A DNA stretch of 64,000 bases from Turneriella sp. (GTDB lineage Bacteria > Spirochaetota > Leptospiria > Turneriellales > Turneriellaceae), in the NCBI GenBank assembly GCA_965279515.1, contig CBDIID010000003.1, positions 3,648,001 through 3,712,000 on the forward strand. Direction: 5' to 3'. Of this stretch, positions 31,501-40,729 are shown one piece after another. A program made the position numbers and the translations under genes. The notes beneath the pieces are model-generated. The model saw only the letters and a list, made by a program, of their open reading frames with translations. It did no database searches and was not told the origin of the DNA. Positions within the stretch are counted from its first letter, which is position 1. The number at the start of each line of letters is the position of its first letter.

Positions 31501-32193
31501 TTATCCGTTTTTTCTTAAAAGTTCGAGATCGCTGACAAGGCGGTCGAGATCCATACCGCCGCGCGTGCGGTAGATACCCCGCAGGTAAGCATTCTTATCC
31601 AACAGATAGATATTTTCTGTGTGGAGAAAGTCCGTGCCGCCGTCGGTCCGGCTTTTGGTGACGACATCGGCGTTAAAGGTTTTGCGTGCTATCTGGTAGA
31701 TCGCCTCTTTTGCGCCGGTTAAGAAATACCAGTTCTGTTGGGTCGCAGAGAAGCGCGCCTTGTAATTTTTTAAAACCTCTGCCGAGTCGTTCTCGGGATC
31801 GACACTGATTGAAAGAAAAACAAGATCGCGCTGGTCGGGGATTTTTGCCGAAAGTTTTTTAACGTTTGCGGTTACCATTGGGCAGATACCTGAACAGCGG
31901 GCAAAAAAGAAACCGACCAACGTAAATTTATCGGCGAGATTTTTTTTGGCGATTTCGCGTCCCGATTCAGAGATCAGCGAAAAGTCATTCAGTCGCCGCA
32001 AATCGCCGGGCAGCGCGGCGCCAGTGGCCCACCAGGGATCGAGAATTTCTCCCTTGTAGTAAGGTAACTTGCCTTCTTTAGGAATAGAAACCTCAGTCAT
32101 GTCTTTTCGGAAAGGCGGATTTTTATCCTTGCTGCAGGATATGAATCCGGTTGCAGAAAGTGAGAAGAGTACCGCCATAATTAAGTGTTTCAT
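31501..32193 (-). CDS. SCO family copper-chaperone lipoprotein
   Basis: Lipobox FISC, FFARCSGICP, SVDPEND, FLHTE. Confidence 0.92.
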   Translation of the reverse strand: MKHLIMAVLFSLSATGFISCSKDKNPPFRKDMTEVSIPKEGKLPYYKGEILDPWWATGAALPGDLRRLNDFSLISESGREIAKKNLADKFTLVGFFFARCSGICPMVTANVKKLSAKIPDQRDLVFLSISVDPENDSAEVLKNYKARFSATQQNWYFLTGAKEAIYQIARKTFNADVVTKSRTDGGTDFLHTENIYLLDKNAYLRGIYRTRGGMDLDRLVSDLELLRKNG

Positions 32194-32732
32194 GTTTTCT
32201 GTTTTACCGTGTCGCAGTTCTTACTTCCGGGAACGCCCGTCTGGCCTGTGGGGCCGACGATGATATTCTGATAGACCTGTCCGTTTTCGCGCAGTTGCTT
32301 GTGGACGACGACGTTTCCGCTATCGTCGTATTTTTTGTACTCATAGACCTGACCGTTAGCGTACCAGCTCCACGATTCGCCTTTATACCGGCCATTTTCA
32401 AATTCTGCATAAAACTTATATTTGCCATTGTCGTGCCAGCCGCGGTGCACGCCAACTTTGACGCCTTTTTTATAGCTACGTTCTTCGATGAGCGTACCAC
32501 TTTCAGCCCAGGTCATAACCGGACCGTTTTCGTAACCGTCCTGGTAGGTTGTCAGGCGGCGGGCGTTTGTTCCGGCAAATTCCTGGGTGATTTCACCGTT
32601 TAAAGGTTCGCCGTGGTAGAACATTTGTCCGCCGCTGCGCACACTCAGATTTTTATCGTCGAAGGTGACCTTGTATGTTTTGGTACAGGCCACCCCGATC
32701 AATACCAGAAGTAATGTGCAGCTTTTGAGCAT
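32190..32732 (-). CDS. MORN-variant repeat (YwqK-like) lipoprotein
   Basis: Lipobox GVAC, repeats WAESG/WHDNG/WYANG, C-terminal GSKNC. Confidence 0.78.
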   Translation of the reverse strand: MLKSCTLLLVLIGVACTKTYKVTFDDKNLSVRSGGQMFYHGEPLNGEITQEFAGTNARRLTTYQDGYENGPVMTWAESGTLIEERSYKKGVKVGVHRGWHDNGKYKFYAEFENGRYKGESWSWYANGQVYEYKKYDDSGNVVVHKQLRENGQVYQNIIVGPTGQTGVPGSKNCDTVKQKT

Positions 32733-32755
32733 ATTCTCTCTGATGTTTCCGAATG

Positions 32756-33787
32756 TTAGTTGGTGGAAGTTCCCTGCACGCCTCTGAAATAGGAGCCAAC
32801 TAATGTTTTTGTGCTAGTCGCGTATGTAGCGCCGGCGGCAGTCGCAGTGGCATCCTGTGAATAGTGATAATGATAAGTTGCAGTTGAAAAGTGTTTAGTC
32901 GTAGTCGTATGGCCGTGCAGTCTGTCGAGAGCGGTAGTGCTACTACCTGCCGAGTCTGTTGTGCTGTTGCCGACTGCCGCGCTGCCGTTAAAAGTAAGCG
33001 TTTTGGCTCCAACTCCATCGTTCTGATCGCATTTTTCATCATATAGCGCATAGCCATCGAGCATAATGCCAAGAAGCGCCCCACTTGCCATGGAAGACGA
33101 AACTTTATAGACTTCGGAGTGATGGTGATAGATATTAGTTCCATCCGGATGACCGGCATAATTATCAAAAGTAAAAGCCTGCTGCGTTAGCGTGTCGCCC
33201 GGTGCAGCCGAATTGTTGAAGACCTGTAAGCCGTTAACCGTGATGCCAATCGTTGCTTGCCCGGCCTGAGTACTTGTTAACGTGCCTGACTGGGGGGTAG
33301 GATTGATAGGTATGTTGATGACAAAATTTTGTGTTGCAATGATGTTGGTTCCTGCCCCGTAATTCGTACCATTATCTGCGGTGAGCGAATAGCTATGATT
33401 AACCGTGAAGTTTTCATATAAAGTCCCTTTGTTCGTGCATCCACCATTCTTCGTCTGGCTGCCGCAATAGTAGTAGCTTTTATGATTCGGTAAATTTACG
33501 GACTTAAACACATAATTAGACCCGTCTTTATAAACAACCTGGCATTTGAAATTGTCTTTAATCCATGTAGGTAGATCAGAATCCAGCGCCGTGTTGACGT
33601 TCGTGACGCAGCCGCTGCCCGAATCGAGCGTGGCAGTCAGCGTCGAAACAGTACCGGTCGTGGTTTTTGCGCTGGCAATGTTTCCTAATTTTGTATCTGT
33701 GGTGACATTGCCGCAGCCAAGGCCCGCCAAAAAGAGCGAGGCCGCCGCGGCAAATCCGGTTTTAAAGGTCAAATGGGCTAATTTCAT
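32756..33787 (-). CDS. YHYH-domain lipoprotein
   Basis: Lipobox GLGC, IGITVNGLQVFN, GHP..YHHH, GIMLDGYALY, LDRLHGH, YHYH; SD GGAGG before ATG 33787. Confidence 0.85.
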   Translation of the reverse strand: MKLAHLTFKTGFAAAASLFLAGLGCGNVTTDTKLGNIASAKTTTGTVSTLTATLDSGSGCVTNVNTALDSDLPTWIKDNFKCQVVYKDGSNYVFKSVNLPNHKSYYYCGSQTKNGGCTNKGTLYENFTVNHSYSLTADNGTNYGAGTNIIATQNFVINIPINPTPQSGTLTSTQAGQATIGITVNGLQVFNNSAAPGDTLTQQAFTFDNYAGHPDGTNIYHHHSEVYKVSSSMASGALLGIMLDGYALYDEKCDQNDGVGAKTLTFNGSAAVGNSTTDSAGSSTTALDRLHGHTTTTKHFSTATYHYHYSQDATATAAGATYATSTKTLVGSYFRGVQGTSTN

Positions 33788-33812
33788 GATATTTTCCTCC
33801 AAGCATGCATAG

Positions 33813-33832
33813 GGAATCTGTATATAGATTCC
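33813..33832. promoter_or_regulatory. Palindromic putative operator upstream of the YHYH operon
   Basis: GGAATCTGTATATAGATTCC, one mismatched pair. Confidence 0.5.
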
Positions 33833-33931
33833 ATAACAGAATAAACCGGACACGATTTTTCCGCAATTTACGACATTTTTAAATGTATCGATCGAGGCAT
33901 TTTCCCGAAAATTGCGGGGGCTGCCGGGAAT

Positions 33932-34390
33932 TTATTCTGTTTCTTCTTTATAATCCAGGGCAAGCTGCCCCGGCCAGGTCCATGAAAAGCTGAGGATAGC
34001 CTTTGTGCCAGGCATATCCCAGCCGGCGTGGAAGACCGGAATCGAACGCTCGGCGGGACTACCCGTATCGGGTAAAGGCGACTCGATGAGTTCTTTCCAG
34101 GCAAGCGTGCCGGTTTCCTGCGGCGCGGTGGTAAATCCGCGCGCTTTTTGCGAATAGATAATGGATTTCAAAAGCACTGTCAGGTCATCGTAGGCGTTTT
34201 GCGTAAAATCGCCGTTGACACTGAAGCTCAGCACCGCCAGCTTATCGCCGCGGAATTGCAGGCGGTAAAACATTTCGCCGCCCGCAACGGTCTCGGTAAA
34301 CACGACTGTATCTGAGGTTTTGGCGACATGAGAAAATTCCGCTGCAAACTCAGCAGCTGTCATCTGGACCGGGATTTTCTCGAGCAGCAT
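33932..34390 (-). CDS. Hypothetical protein
   Basis: 152-aa ORF 1 bp after the upstream lipoprotein stop. Confidence 0.55.
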   Translation of the reverse strand: MLLEKIPVQMTAAEFAAEFSHVAKTSDTVVFTETVAGGEMFYRLQFRGDKLAVLSFSVNGDFTQNAYDDLTVLLKSIIYSQKARGFTTAPQETGTLAWKELIESPLPDTGSPAERSIPVFHAGWDMPGTKAILSFSWTWPGQLALDYKEETE

Positions 34391-34391
34391 G

Positions 34392-34754
34392 CTATTGCCT
34401 GAAACGGAAGGCGTAACCGTCGGCCTTCAAGGTGTCGCCGTCCTGGGTGTATTCGACCTGATAGACACCGTCGGCCTTGAGCTTAGCTGCTTCTTTCAGC
34501 ATTTCTTTTAAGACATCCGCTTTCTTTTTGCCGCCGCCGGAAACTTTACCGTCGACCACACCCAGCTCTTCGATATTGTCTTTGAGTGGCCCTTTGTAAT
34601 GCATGATCACGCCGGTGGTATCGAGATTGCCACCCGGGTTGCCGGCAGTCATGTCGAGGTAGGTAATCTGCCCGTTATCGGGATACTCACGCCGTGTCTT
34701 CGACGCACAGGCAAAAAGCAGGGCCAGGGAAAGCAGGGCGAGAGAGCGGAGCAT
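34392..34754 (-). CDS. Small lipoprotein, possibly YbjQ/heavy-metal-binding-like fold
   Basis: Lipobox LFAC; EELGVV..MLKEAAKLKADGV..GYAFR pattern. Confidence 0.6.
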   Translation of the reverse strand: MLRSLALLSLALLFACASKTRREYPDNGQITYLDMTAGNPGGNLDTTGVIMHYKGPLKDNIEELGVVDGKVSGGGKKKADVLKEMLKEAAKLKADGVYQVEYTQDGDTLKADGYAFRFRQ

Positions 34755-34829
34755 GGCTACTCTTGCAGCGCTGAACGCGGTGGTCAATTAAAAACGGTGA
34801 CGTGTCCATGGCGCGGTCCAAAACGACGT

Positions 34830-35732
34830 ATGAGGATATCCCCCGTTTGGGTTTTTGCGTTTTGCCTGCTTGCCGTTGCCGATTGCGGGGCGCTGCGGCG
34901 TAAGCCCGGCGCAGGCAAATATACAGACCATAAAATTACCGTCGCCGGGCGCGAGCGGGGTTATGTCCGCTATGAGCCCGCCGGCGCCGCGCCGCAAACG
35001 ATGCTGCTGCTTCTGCACGGCGGTGGCGGCAAGGCATCGGGTATGATTCGCCTCGCGCGCGATATGCCGGTGCTCGCTGATCAATACCATATTCTTCTTA
35101 TCTACCCTGAGGGTATCGGCGGGCACTGGAATGACGGCCGCGGCGATATCTCTGAGGCGGCGAAAACCAATGTCGACGATATCGGTTTTTTGCGCGCCCT
35201 TGCGGCCGAAGCCGGTTATCCGGGAAAAATCCGCCATGTATTCGCTGCAGGCATTTCAAACGGCGGCATGATGGCACAACGTATTGCCTGCGATATGCCC
35301 GATGTCGTTTCAGGTGTTGCCACGGTTGCCGCGAATTTACCCGTCGAACTCGAAAAGAAATGCCAGCCGGCAAAACCCGTGTCGGTGATGTTTATCGCCG
35401 GTATGGAAGATCCGCTCGTACCCTATGCGGGCGGGCCGGTCAAGGTACTCAGAAAAGAACGGGGGATGGTTCTCAGCATCGAAGACTCGCTCGCGTTCTG
35501 GAGCCGGCAATCGGCTTGTACTGCGAGCAGCGATGAGAATATGACGGCGTCGAGTTTTCTGCGGCGCTATAGCTGTTCTAAAGGTGGGCTGAAACTGATC
35601 GCCGTGAAAAACGGCGGGCATGCCTGGCCGGGCGGCATGCCATACCTGCCCGAGGCCATCATCGGCCGCACAAGCGATGAATTTTCTGCGTCAGAGAAAA
35701 TCATCGAATTTCTTGCGCACCGGAAAGATTGA
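34830..35732 (+). CDS. LpqC/PHB-depolymerase family alpha/beta esterase
   Basis: LLHGGGG, DDIGFL, GISNGG nucleophile, GMEDPLVP, GGHAWPG. Confidence 0.88.
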   Translation: MRISPVWVFAFCLLAVADCGALRRKPGAGKYTDHKITVAGRERGYVRYEPAGAAPQTMLLLLHGGGGKASGMIRLARDMPVLADQYHILLIYPEGIGGHWNDGRGDISEAAKTNVDDIGFLRALAAEAGYPGKIRHVFAAGISNGGMMAQRIACDMPDVVSGVATVAANLPVELEKKCQPAKPVSVMFIAGMEDPLVPYAGGPVKVLRKERGMVLSIEDSLAFWSRQSACTASSDENMTASSFLRRYSCSKGGLKLIAVKNGGHAWPGGMPYLPEAIIGRTSDEFSASEKIIEFLAHRKD

Positions 35733-35746
35733 ATATGCAGTTAGTT

Positions 35747-36145
35747 TCAGGGTATTTGCTTTCTGGTTTCGGATAGAGCGCTTAATGTTTCTGCATATAA
35801 CCCCGGAAATTCCCCGAGAAGTGCGTCGAAGCCTGAAGAACCGTATTCGCCCGTGGCCTCCTCTACCCGCTCGGCCAGGTGCGCCAGGCGGATCGCGCCA
35901 ATGCTGAGGCTGGCACCTTTGATCCGGTGTACTTGTTTGCTGATTTTTGAAAGATCGTGCTCTGTCGACGCGGTGGTTAAATCCGCCAGACTTGTGTCCA
36001 CCGATTCCCGGAAAGTTCTTATGAGTTCGTGAATCGTAGAACCTGTGGTGCGTCGAAGAAGGTTCTTGAGTTCGTGAATGCGTTTGGCGTCGACTAAGTC
36101 CGCGGCGGGATGCAGGTAATCTGTCATATGATGGTTTGGACGCAT
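35747..36145 (-). CDS. Hpt histidine phosphotransfer protein
   Basis: VHRIKGASLSIGA motif. Confidence 0.85.
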   Translation of the reverse strand: MRPNHHMTDYLHPAADLVDAKRIHELKNLLRRTTGSTIHELIRTFRESVDTSLADLTTASTEHDLSKISKQVHRIKGASLSIGAIRLAHLAERVEEATGEYGSSGFDALLGEFPGLYAETLSALSETRKQIP

Positions 36146-36250
36146 ATTGCGCTCAAAAGGTGTGTATTTGCCTGCATTTGCTTTCGTTGACCTTATGAGT
36201 GCGATACGTTGTTCTGATGTCCTTGCGTCTTAAGGGACGGCGGCAAAGCC

Positions 36251-37969
36251 ATGAATACGACACCAGAATTGAAAGACGCAGGCCTCGAGCAGTTTTTAAC
36301 CAGGATTGAAAACCAGAAGAGGAATTTCATTTTATTCCTCGGCGGGCTCGTTTTTTTGGTTTCGATCTTCACCACAACAGTTCGTTTTCGGGCAGGTTTG
36401 TACGAGGTCGCGCTATCCAGCCTGTTGCTGCTGTTGGCTGCCGTTGCCACGCTGCCCCTCGCGTGGAAAAAACACGTCAATCTTGCAGCACACATTCTGC
36501 TGATTGTGGCATCCGTGACAATCGGCTTCAATCAATACGGAACGCGTTCGGCAAGTTTAGGGCCGATTCTGAATGTATTGGTTATTTTTGCGGGTGGTAT
36601 TTACCTGCTCTCACTGCGCTGGGGCATCGTCTACGGAGCTATAGGCGTGACCCGGGCCTTTGGTATAAAGATTCTGCAGGATAACGGTATTTTGCAGGGC
36701 GGTTCATCCGTATTGCCGGCTTCAGAATGGTACTCTGCCGTCGCCGCTTCGTATGCTGTCTGCGCCTATCTGCTGATCGTGAGGGATAGAAACAGTGCAG
36801 AAATGCTCGAACGTTACCAGCGTGCTGCAAACATTAAGCAACGTTTTATTGCTGAAATGAGCCATGAAATCCGCACACCGCTCAACGGTCTCATTGGCCT
36901 CGGCGAGGTTCTGGCCTCAAAAATTACGGATCCCGAGCAGCTGCATTACCTAAACACGATGCTCAATTCGGGGAAAACCCTGCTACGTATTGCCAATCAG
37001 GCGCTCGATCTGTCGCGCGTAGAAAGCGGTAATCTTGTCACGAAGCGGAATTTCAGCCCCGTGACTTTGCTGGAAGAAATTATTGCCTTGTACTCGGTTG
37101 AGGCCAGACGCAAGAATATTACCCTTGCCTTGCAGGTAGAACCCGGCACTCCCGGGAATGTTTTCGGCGCAGCGGATTCGATCGCCGCCGTGCTTACCAA
37201 TCTTCTGCAAAACGCTATCAAGTTCACCGATGCCGGGAGCATTACCATGAAAGTGGATGGCGTTCGGCTGGCTGATGAGAACTTCGCGGTTTTTACCGTT
37301 GCGGATACCGGCCGGGGGATACCCGAGTCTGAAATCACGGCGGTATTCGAGCCGTACAACCAGGGCGGGGTGGCAACGCCGACGGCAAAGGGCGCGGGCC
37401 TGGGCCTGGCGATTTGCCGGGAACTGACACGGCAGATGGAAGGGAACCTGGAGGTGCAAAGTACCTTCGGAAGCGGCAGTGTCTTTACCCTGCGTGTACC
37501 GTATGAGGCGGAGATCATATCAGCACAGGTTGAAAAATCTGTGCCTGACGGAACATATGAATTCCCGCGGGCACTGAAAATCCTCAGCGTCGACGACGAC
37601 GCAGTCAACCAGATGGTGATGAGCGCGCTCTTGGCAGATAAAAACGTAAATTTATCCAAGGCAATGGGAGGGCTCTCCGCGTTAGCCATGGTCGCGGCGG
37701 AAAAACCGGATATCATCCTGATGGACCTGAATATGCCTGATCTGAGCGGGTTCGAAGTGCTGCGCAGAATACGGCAGGCCGAAAATAGCGTGGGCGTGAA
37801 ACCGTGTCCGGTTGTGGCTGTTTCGGCCAGCGTGATGCCCGAAGAGATCGGGCAGGCCCTCGCCGCGGGATTTTCGGCGCACCTGGGCAAACCACTTTCG
37901 AAGGCCGATCTCTGGCATACAATCGTTAAAGTTCTAAGTCCGCTACAGTCGGCTGTCGCCGGGGGCTAG
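36251..37969 (+). CDS. Membrane hybrid histidine kinase/response regulator
   Basis: Several TM, MSHEIRTP, NAIKFT, GAGLGL, REC (MDLNMP). Confidence 0.92.
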   Translation: MNTTPELKDAGLEQFLTRIENQKRNFILFLGGLVFLVSIFTTTVRFRAGLYEVALSSLLLLLAAVATLPLAWKKHVNLAAHILLIVASVTIGFNQYGTRSASLGPILNVLVIFAGGIYLLSLRWGIVYGAIGVTRAFGIKILQDNGILQGGSSVLPASEWYSAVAASYAVCAYLLIVRDRNSAEMLERYQRAANIKQRFIAEMSHEIRTPLNGLIGLGEVLASKITDPEQLHYLNTMLNSGKTLLRIANQALDLSRVESGNLVTKRNFSPVTLLEEIIALYSVEARRKNITLALQVEPGTPGNVFGAADSIAAVLTNLLQNAIKFTDAGSITMKVDGVRLADENFAVFTVADTGRGIPESEITAVFEPYNQGGVATPTAKGAGLGLAICRELTRQMEGNLEVQSTFGSGSVFTLRVPYEAEIISAQVEKSVPDGTYEFPRALKILSVDDDAVNQMVMSALLADKNVNLSKAMGGLSALAMVAAEKPDIILMDLNMPDLSGFEVLRRIRQAENSVGVKPCPVVAVSASVMPEEIGQALAAGFSAHLGKPLSKADLWHTIVKVLSPLQSAVAGG

Positions 37970-37975
37970 CCTGTC

Positions 37976-39580
37976 ATGCGTGCGTATTTTCGTATACCCG
38001 CTTTTTTCGTTATTGCCATTGCAATTTTATTCTTAATCGACTGGTTCTTCGGTGCCCGTCTGCAAAATGCCCTGTTGGGTACCCTGCCACGTTCGCTGCC
38101 TTTGACCTTGCTGCTGCATGCGATTCTCGCCGCCGCGTACCTGTTGCCGCTGACGGGCCGGCAAGGAGTTGTGTCTGATGTCCTTTGCCTTTTTGTGGCA
38201 GCCGTTGCCTTGCTCGCACTCGTTGAAAATGGTGACGGTATTTTTTACCAGTTTGATGCGCTGGTCGCAGCGCAAAAAAAGTTGCTGGCTGATATTATTG
38301 CACTTCCGCCGGCGCGGCATCCCGGTTTGCCGTCCTTGCAGACATGCATCGGAATTCTCATTATGGCGCTGCTGCGGTTTACCAAGAGAAAATTCTCCGT
38401 ACATTCCTGGCAGTACGTTACCCACCTGCTGGCAGCATTGTTGGTTCCGTATTCTGCGCTCTGCGGTTATGCATTCCATGCCTTGCCTATCTATATCACA
38501 CCCGGTGAAAAATTTTCTTTATCGGGGATTTCCCCCATTACGATTGCCTTATTTTTTCTCAATTATTCTGTTTTGTTTCTGAAAAACCCCGAAAACCGGC
38601 TTTTCCGGGCGTATTTTGGGGGCAGGCATTGGTGCCGCATTCTGCGCAGCTTTCAGGATATCTCAATTTTATTTCCGCTGGGCGTCGGTATTATCAATAG
38701 CCTGGTTTTTCCCGGGCAGGGGTATTTTTTTGTCATCGCCCTGGCCGCGACCGCCTTACCGTTTATTGTCGCTGTCTTCAATCTCTATGTTGCTTCGGTG
38801 TTCATGGCGCGCGATCTCGAAGGCGAAAGGGCTGTACGTGAGTTGGAGGCTTCGCTGACACTGCACAAACAGCTCGATAGCCTGATCGCGCATGACCTGC
38901 GCTCTCCGTTTAACGGCATTCTCGGTTTAACGCAGGTACTGGCGAATCCCGCGACGCTGCCCGAAAGGGTACACGAGTATGCCACGATACTCAACGCCGA
39001 GGCGGCAAAGTTCTTCGAGTTGCTCAATGACCTGTTGCGCTGGAGTCACCGCAAGAAATCTTCCCTGATGCTCGAGTTTACGGATTTCTCTCCGATCGCC
39101 CTGTTCCAGTCCCTGGAAGAAACCTACCGCGCCGAGCTCACGCGGAAAAACCTGGGATTTGAACTCGAATGTCCCGAGAATTTCCGCATTCGGGGTGACT
39201 GGCAGCTGACGCATGCTATCCTGCGGAATTTTCTTTCGAATGCTATCAAATATTCGGTGAACGGTGAAAAAATCATTTTTGAAGTAAAAAAAAATGCCCA
39301 GAATGCATTGCTGGTGGTCAAGGATTCGGGCAGCAGCGCGGAACCGGCCGAAATCGTGCAGTTGTTGAGTGGCGAGGACAAACCGTCGCAACCGGGAACC
39401 ATGGGCGAGAGTGGGTTTGGCCTCGGCTTAAGAATCTGCAGGGAATTCGCGGAGCAGTTGCATGGAAAAATTTCCGTTGCGAGCGTATCGGGCAAAGGTA
39501 CGAGGTTTGTTTTTCTCACGCCACTCAACCAGCAGCAGGCATTGCGTGAAGCGGCCCTGGCTACCATTCCAGTGGTTTAG
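37976..39580 (+). CDS. Membrane sensor histidine kinase
   Basis: Multi-TM N-terminus, IAHDLRSP, NAIKYS, GFGLGL. Confidence 0.9.
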   Translation: MRAYFRIPAFFVIAIAILFLIDWFFGARLQNALLGTLPRSLPLTLLLHAILAAAYLLPLTGRQGVVSDVLCLFVAAVALLALVENGDGIFYQFDALVAAQKKLLADIIALPPARHPGLPSLQTCIGILIMALLRFTKRKFSVHSWQYVTHLLAALLVPYSALCGYAFHALPIYITPGEKFSLSGISPITIALFFLNYSVLFLKNPENRLFRAYFGGRHWCRILRSFQDISILFPLGVGIINSLVFPGQGYFFVIALAATALPFIVAVFNLYVASVFMARDLEGERAVRELEASLTLHKQLDSLIAHDLRSPFNGILGLTQVLANPATLPERVHEYATILNAEAAKFFELLNDLLRWSHRKKSSLMLEFTDFSPIALFQSLEETYRAELTRKNLGFELECPENFRIRGDWQLTHAILRNFLSNAIKYSVNGEKIIFEVKKNAQNALLVVKDSGSSAEPAEIVQLLSGEDKPSQPGTMGESGFGLGLRICREFAEQLHGKISVASVSGKGTRFVFLTPLNQQQALREAALATIPVV

Positions 39581-39598
39581 CAGGCTACTTGTATACGC

Positions 39599-40195
39599 TT
39601 AAATCCAGCCGTTGGATTTTGCCACGGCAACCGCTTCGGCAGATGTCTGTGCGGCGATAATATTTTTGATGTTCTTCTTATGGTATTCGACCGTCACACC
39701 GCGGATGCCAAGAATCTTCGCGATTTCCTTGTTCTTATGCCCCGATGCCATCAGGCGCAATATTTCAAGTTGTGCGCTCGTGAAGGGGACATGACGGCGC
39801 GGGGCTGTTGATGCATCAGGGAATACGGCTTTGCCATTCATGATCGCAACAATCTCATCTTTCGTGGCTTCAAAATCTGTCGTTTTCAGAATATAACCAC
39901 GGAAACCCAGGTCGCGGCAGCGTTCGATCACCATCGCGTCTTCGTCAGCGGAGTAAGCGATATAAACTTCATCGGGAAATTTGCGTTTGAGTGCCCGGAA
40001 ATCCCGCTCTAAATCGAACCGCGGCATATGCATGTCCATGAGCACGGCATCGGGGCCGTGTTTTTCAATCACCATGGCGGCGTGGCGGTGGTCGGGACAT
40101 TCAATCACCTGGGCAAAACCATCGATTTCAAGCAGCGCCTTTACGCCGATCACGATTACGGGATGGTCGTCAATGATAACTATCTTCAGAGGCAT
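39599..40195 (-). CDS. NarL/LuxR family response regulator
   Basis: IIDDHPV, MDMHMP, HTH NKEIAKILGI..TVEYH; start at MPLK. Confidence 0.92.
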   Translation of the reverse strand: MPLKIVIIDDHPVIVIGVKALLEIDGFAQVIECPDHRHAAMVIEKHGPDAVLMDMHMPRFDLERDFRALKRKFPDEVYIAYSADEDAMVIERCRDLGFRGYILKTTDFEATKDEIVAIMNGKAVFPDASTAPRRHVPFTSAQLEILRLMASGHKNKEIAKILGIRGVTVEYHKKNIKNIIAAQTSAEAVAVAKSNGWI

Positions 40196-40245
40196 CCTTA
40201 AGCTTTGACAAATTTTCCACCTGTTTCTGCAATCCTTTTGCTTTT

Positions 40246-40265
40246 CCCTATGGTTTTCCATAGGG
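40246..40265. promoter_or_regulatory. 8-4-8 palindrome, putative operator of the response regulator
   Basis: CCCTATGG-TTTT-CCATAGGG about 50 bp upstream of the RR start. Confidence 0.5.
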
Positions 40266-40729
40266 TAGGGTGAATTAATGCGTTACTGTTGTGGCCCTTG
40301 GCGGGTCCCGGGAGTCCCAAAAAGTGAATAGAAGATCTTTTTATCGTTATTTTCCGTTCTCGGCTCTGCCATCTTCTGTCCGCAATTAGCATACGCACCA
40401 CGGAGGGTAAATGGAGCTGGGTTGGGCATGCAGCGTCGGCGCGGGAAACCCAGGCGATCCGGGATTCGTCCTCCGGAGAAAAGCTGTTCATCCGACGTGG
40501 AAGCGGCAATCGGCAATCGTCCGTTTGATATTTGAAGTGTAAAAACTGCCGGTAATGATGCAGAGCCATCACGATTTCCGGAAATGCCTCCGGCGCTTTG
40601 AGCAATCATTTTCAGATTTCAATGCCGGTAGTGATTAACGGAAAAACCGATGGCGTCGATATGCCTACGCGAACCATCACCAATTGACTTGCCGCCCCCG
40701 GTGCCGCTGGACTTTTGCGCCTGTCGAAC

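Noticed and set aside
32190..32732. Toxin-antitoxin interpretation of the YwqK-like protein
   Set aside because: No toxin neighbour; it is a lipoprotein embedded in a SCO/YHYH operon, and the label only reflects MORN-like repeats.
33805..40265. Idea that the YHYH dyad (33813) and the response-regulator dyad (40246) are the same motif
   Set aside because: They share only short CCATA/ATAGGG words and differ in symmetry; too weak to claim.
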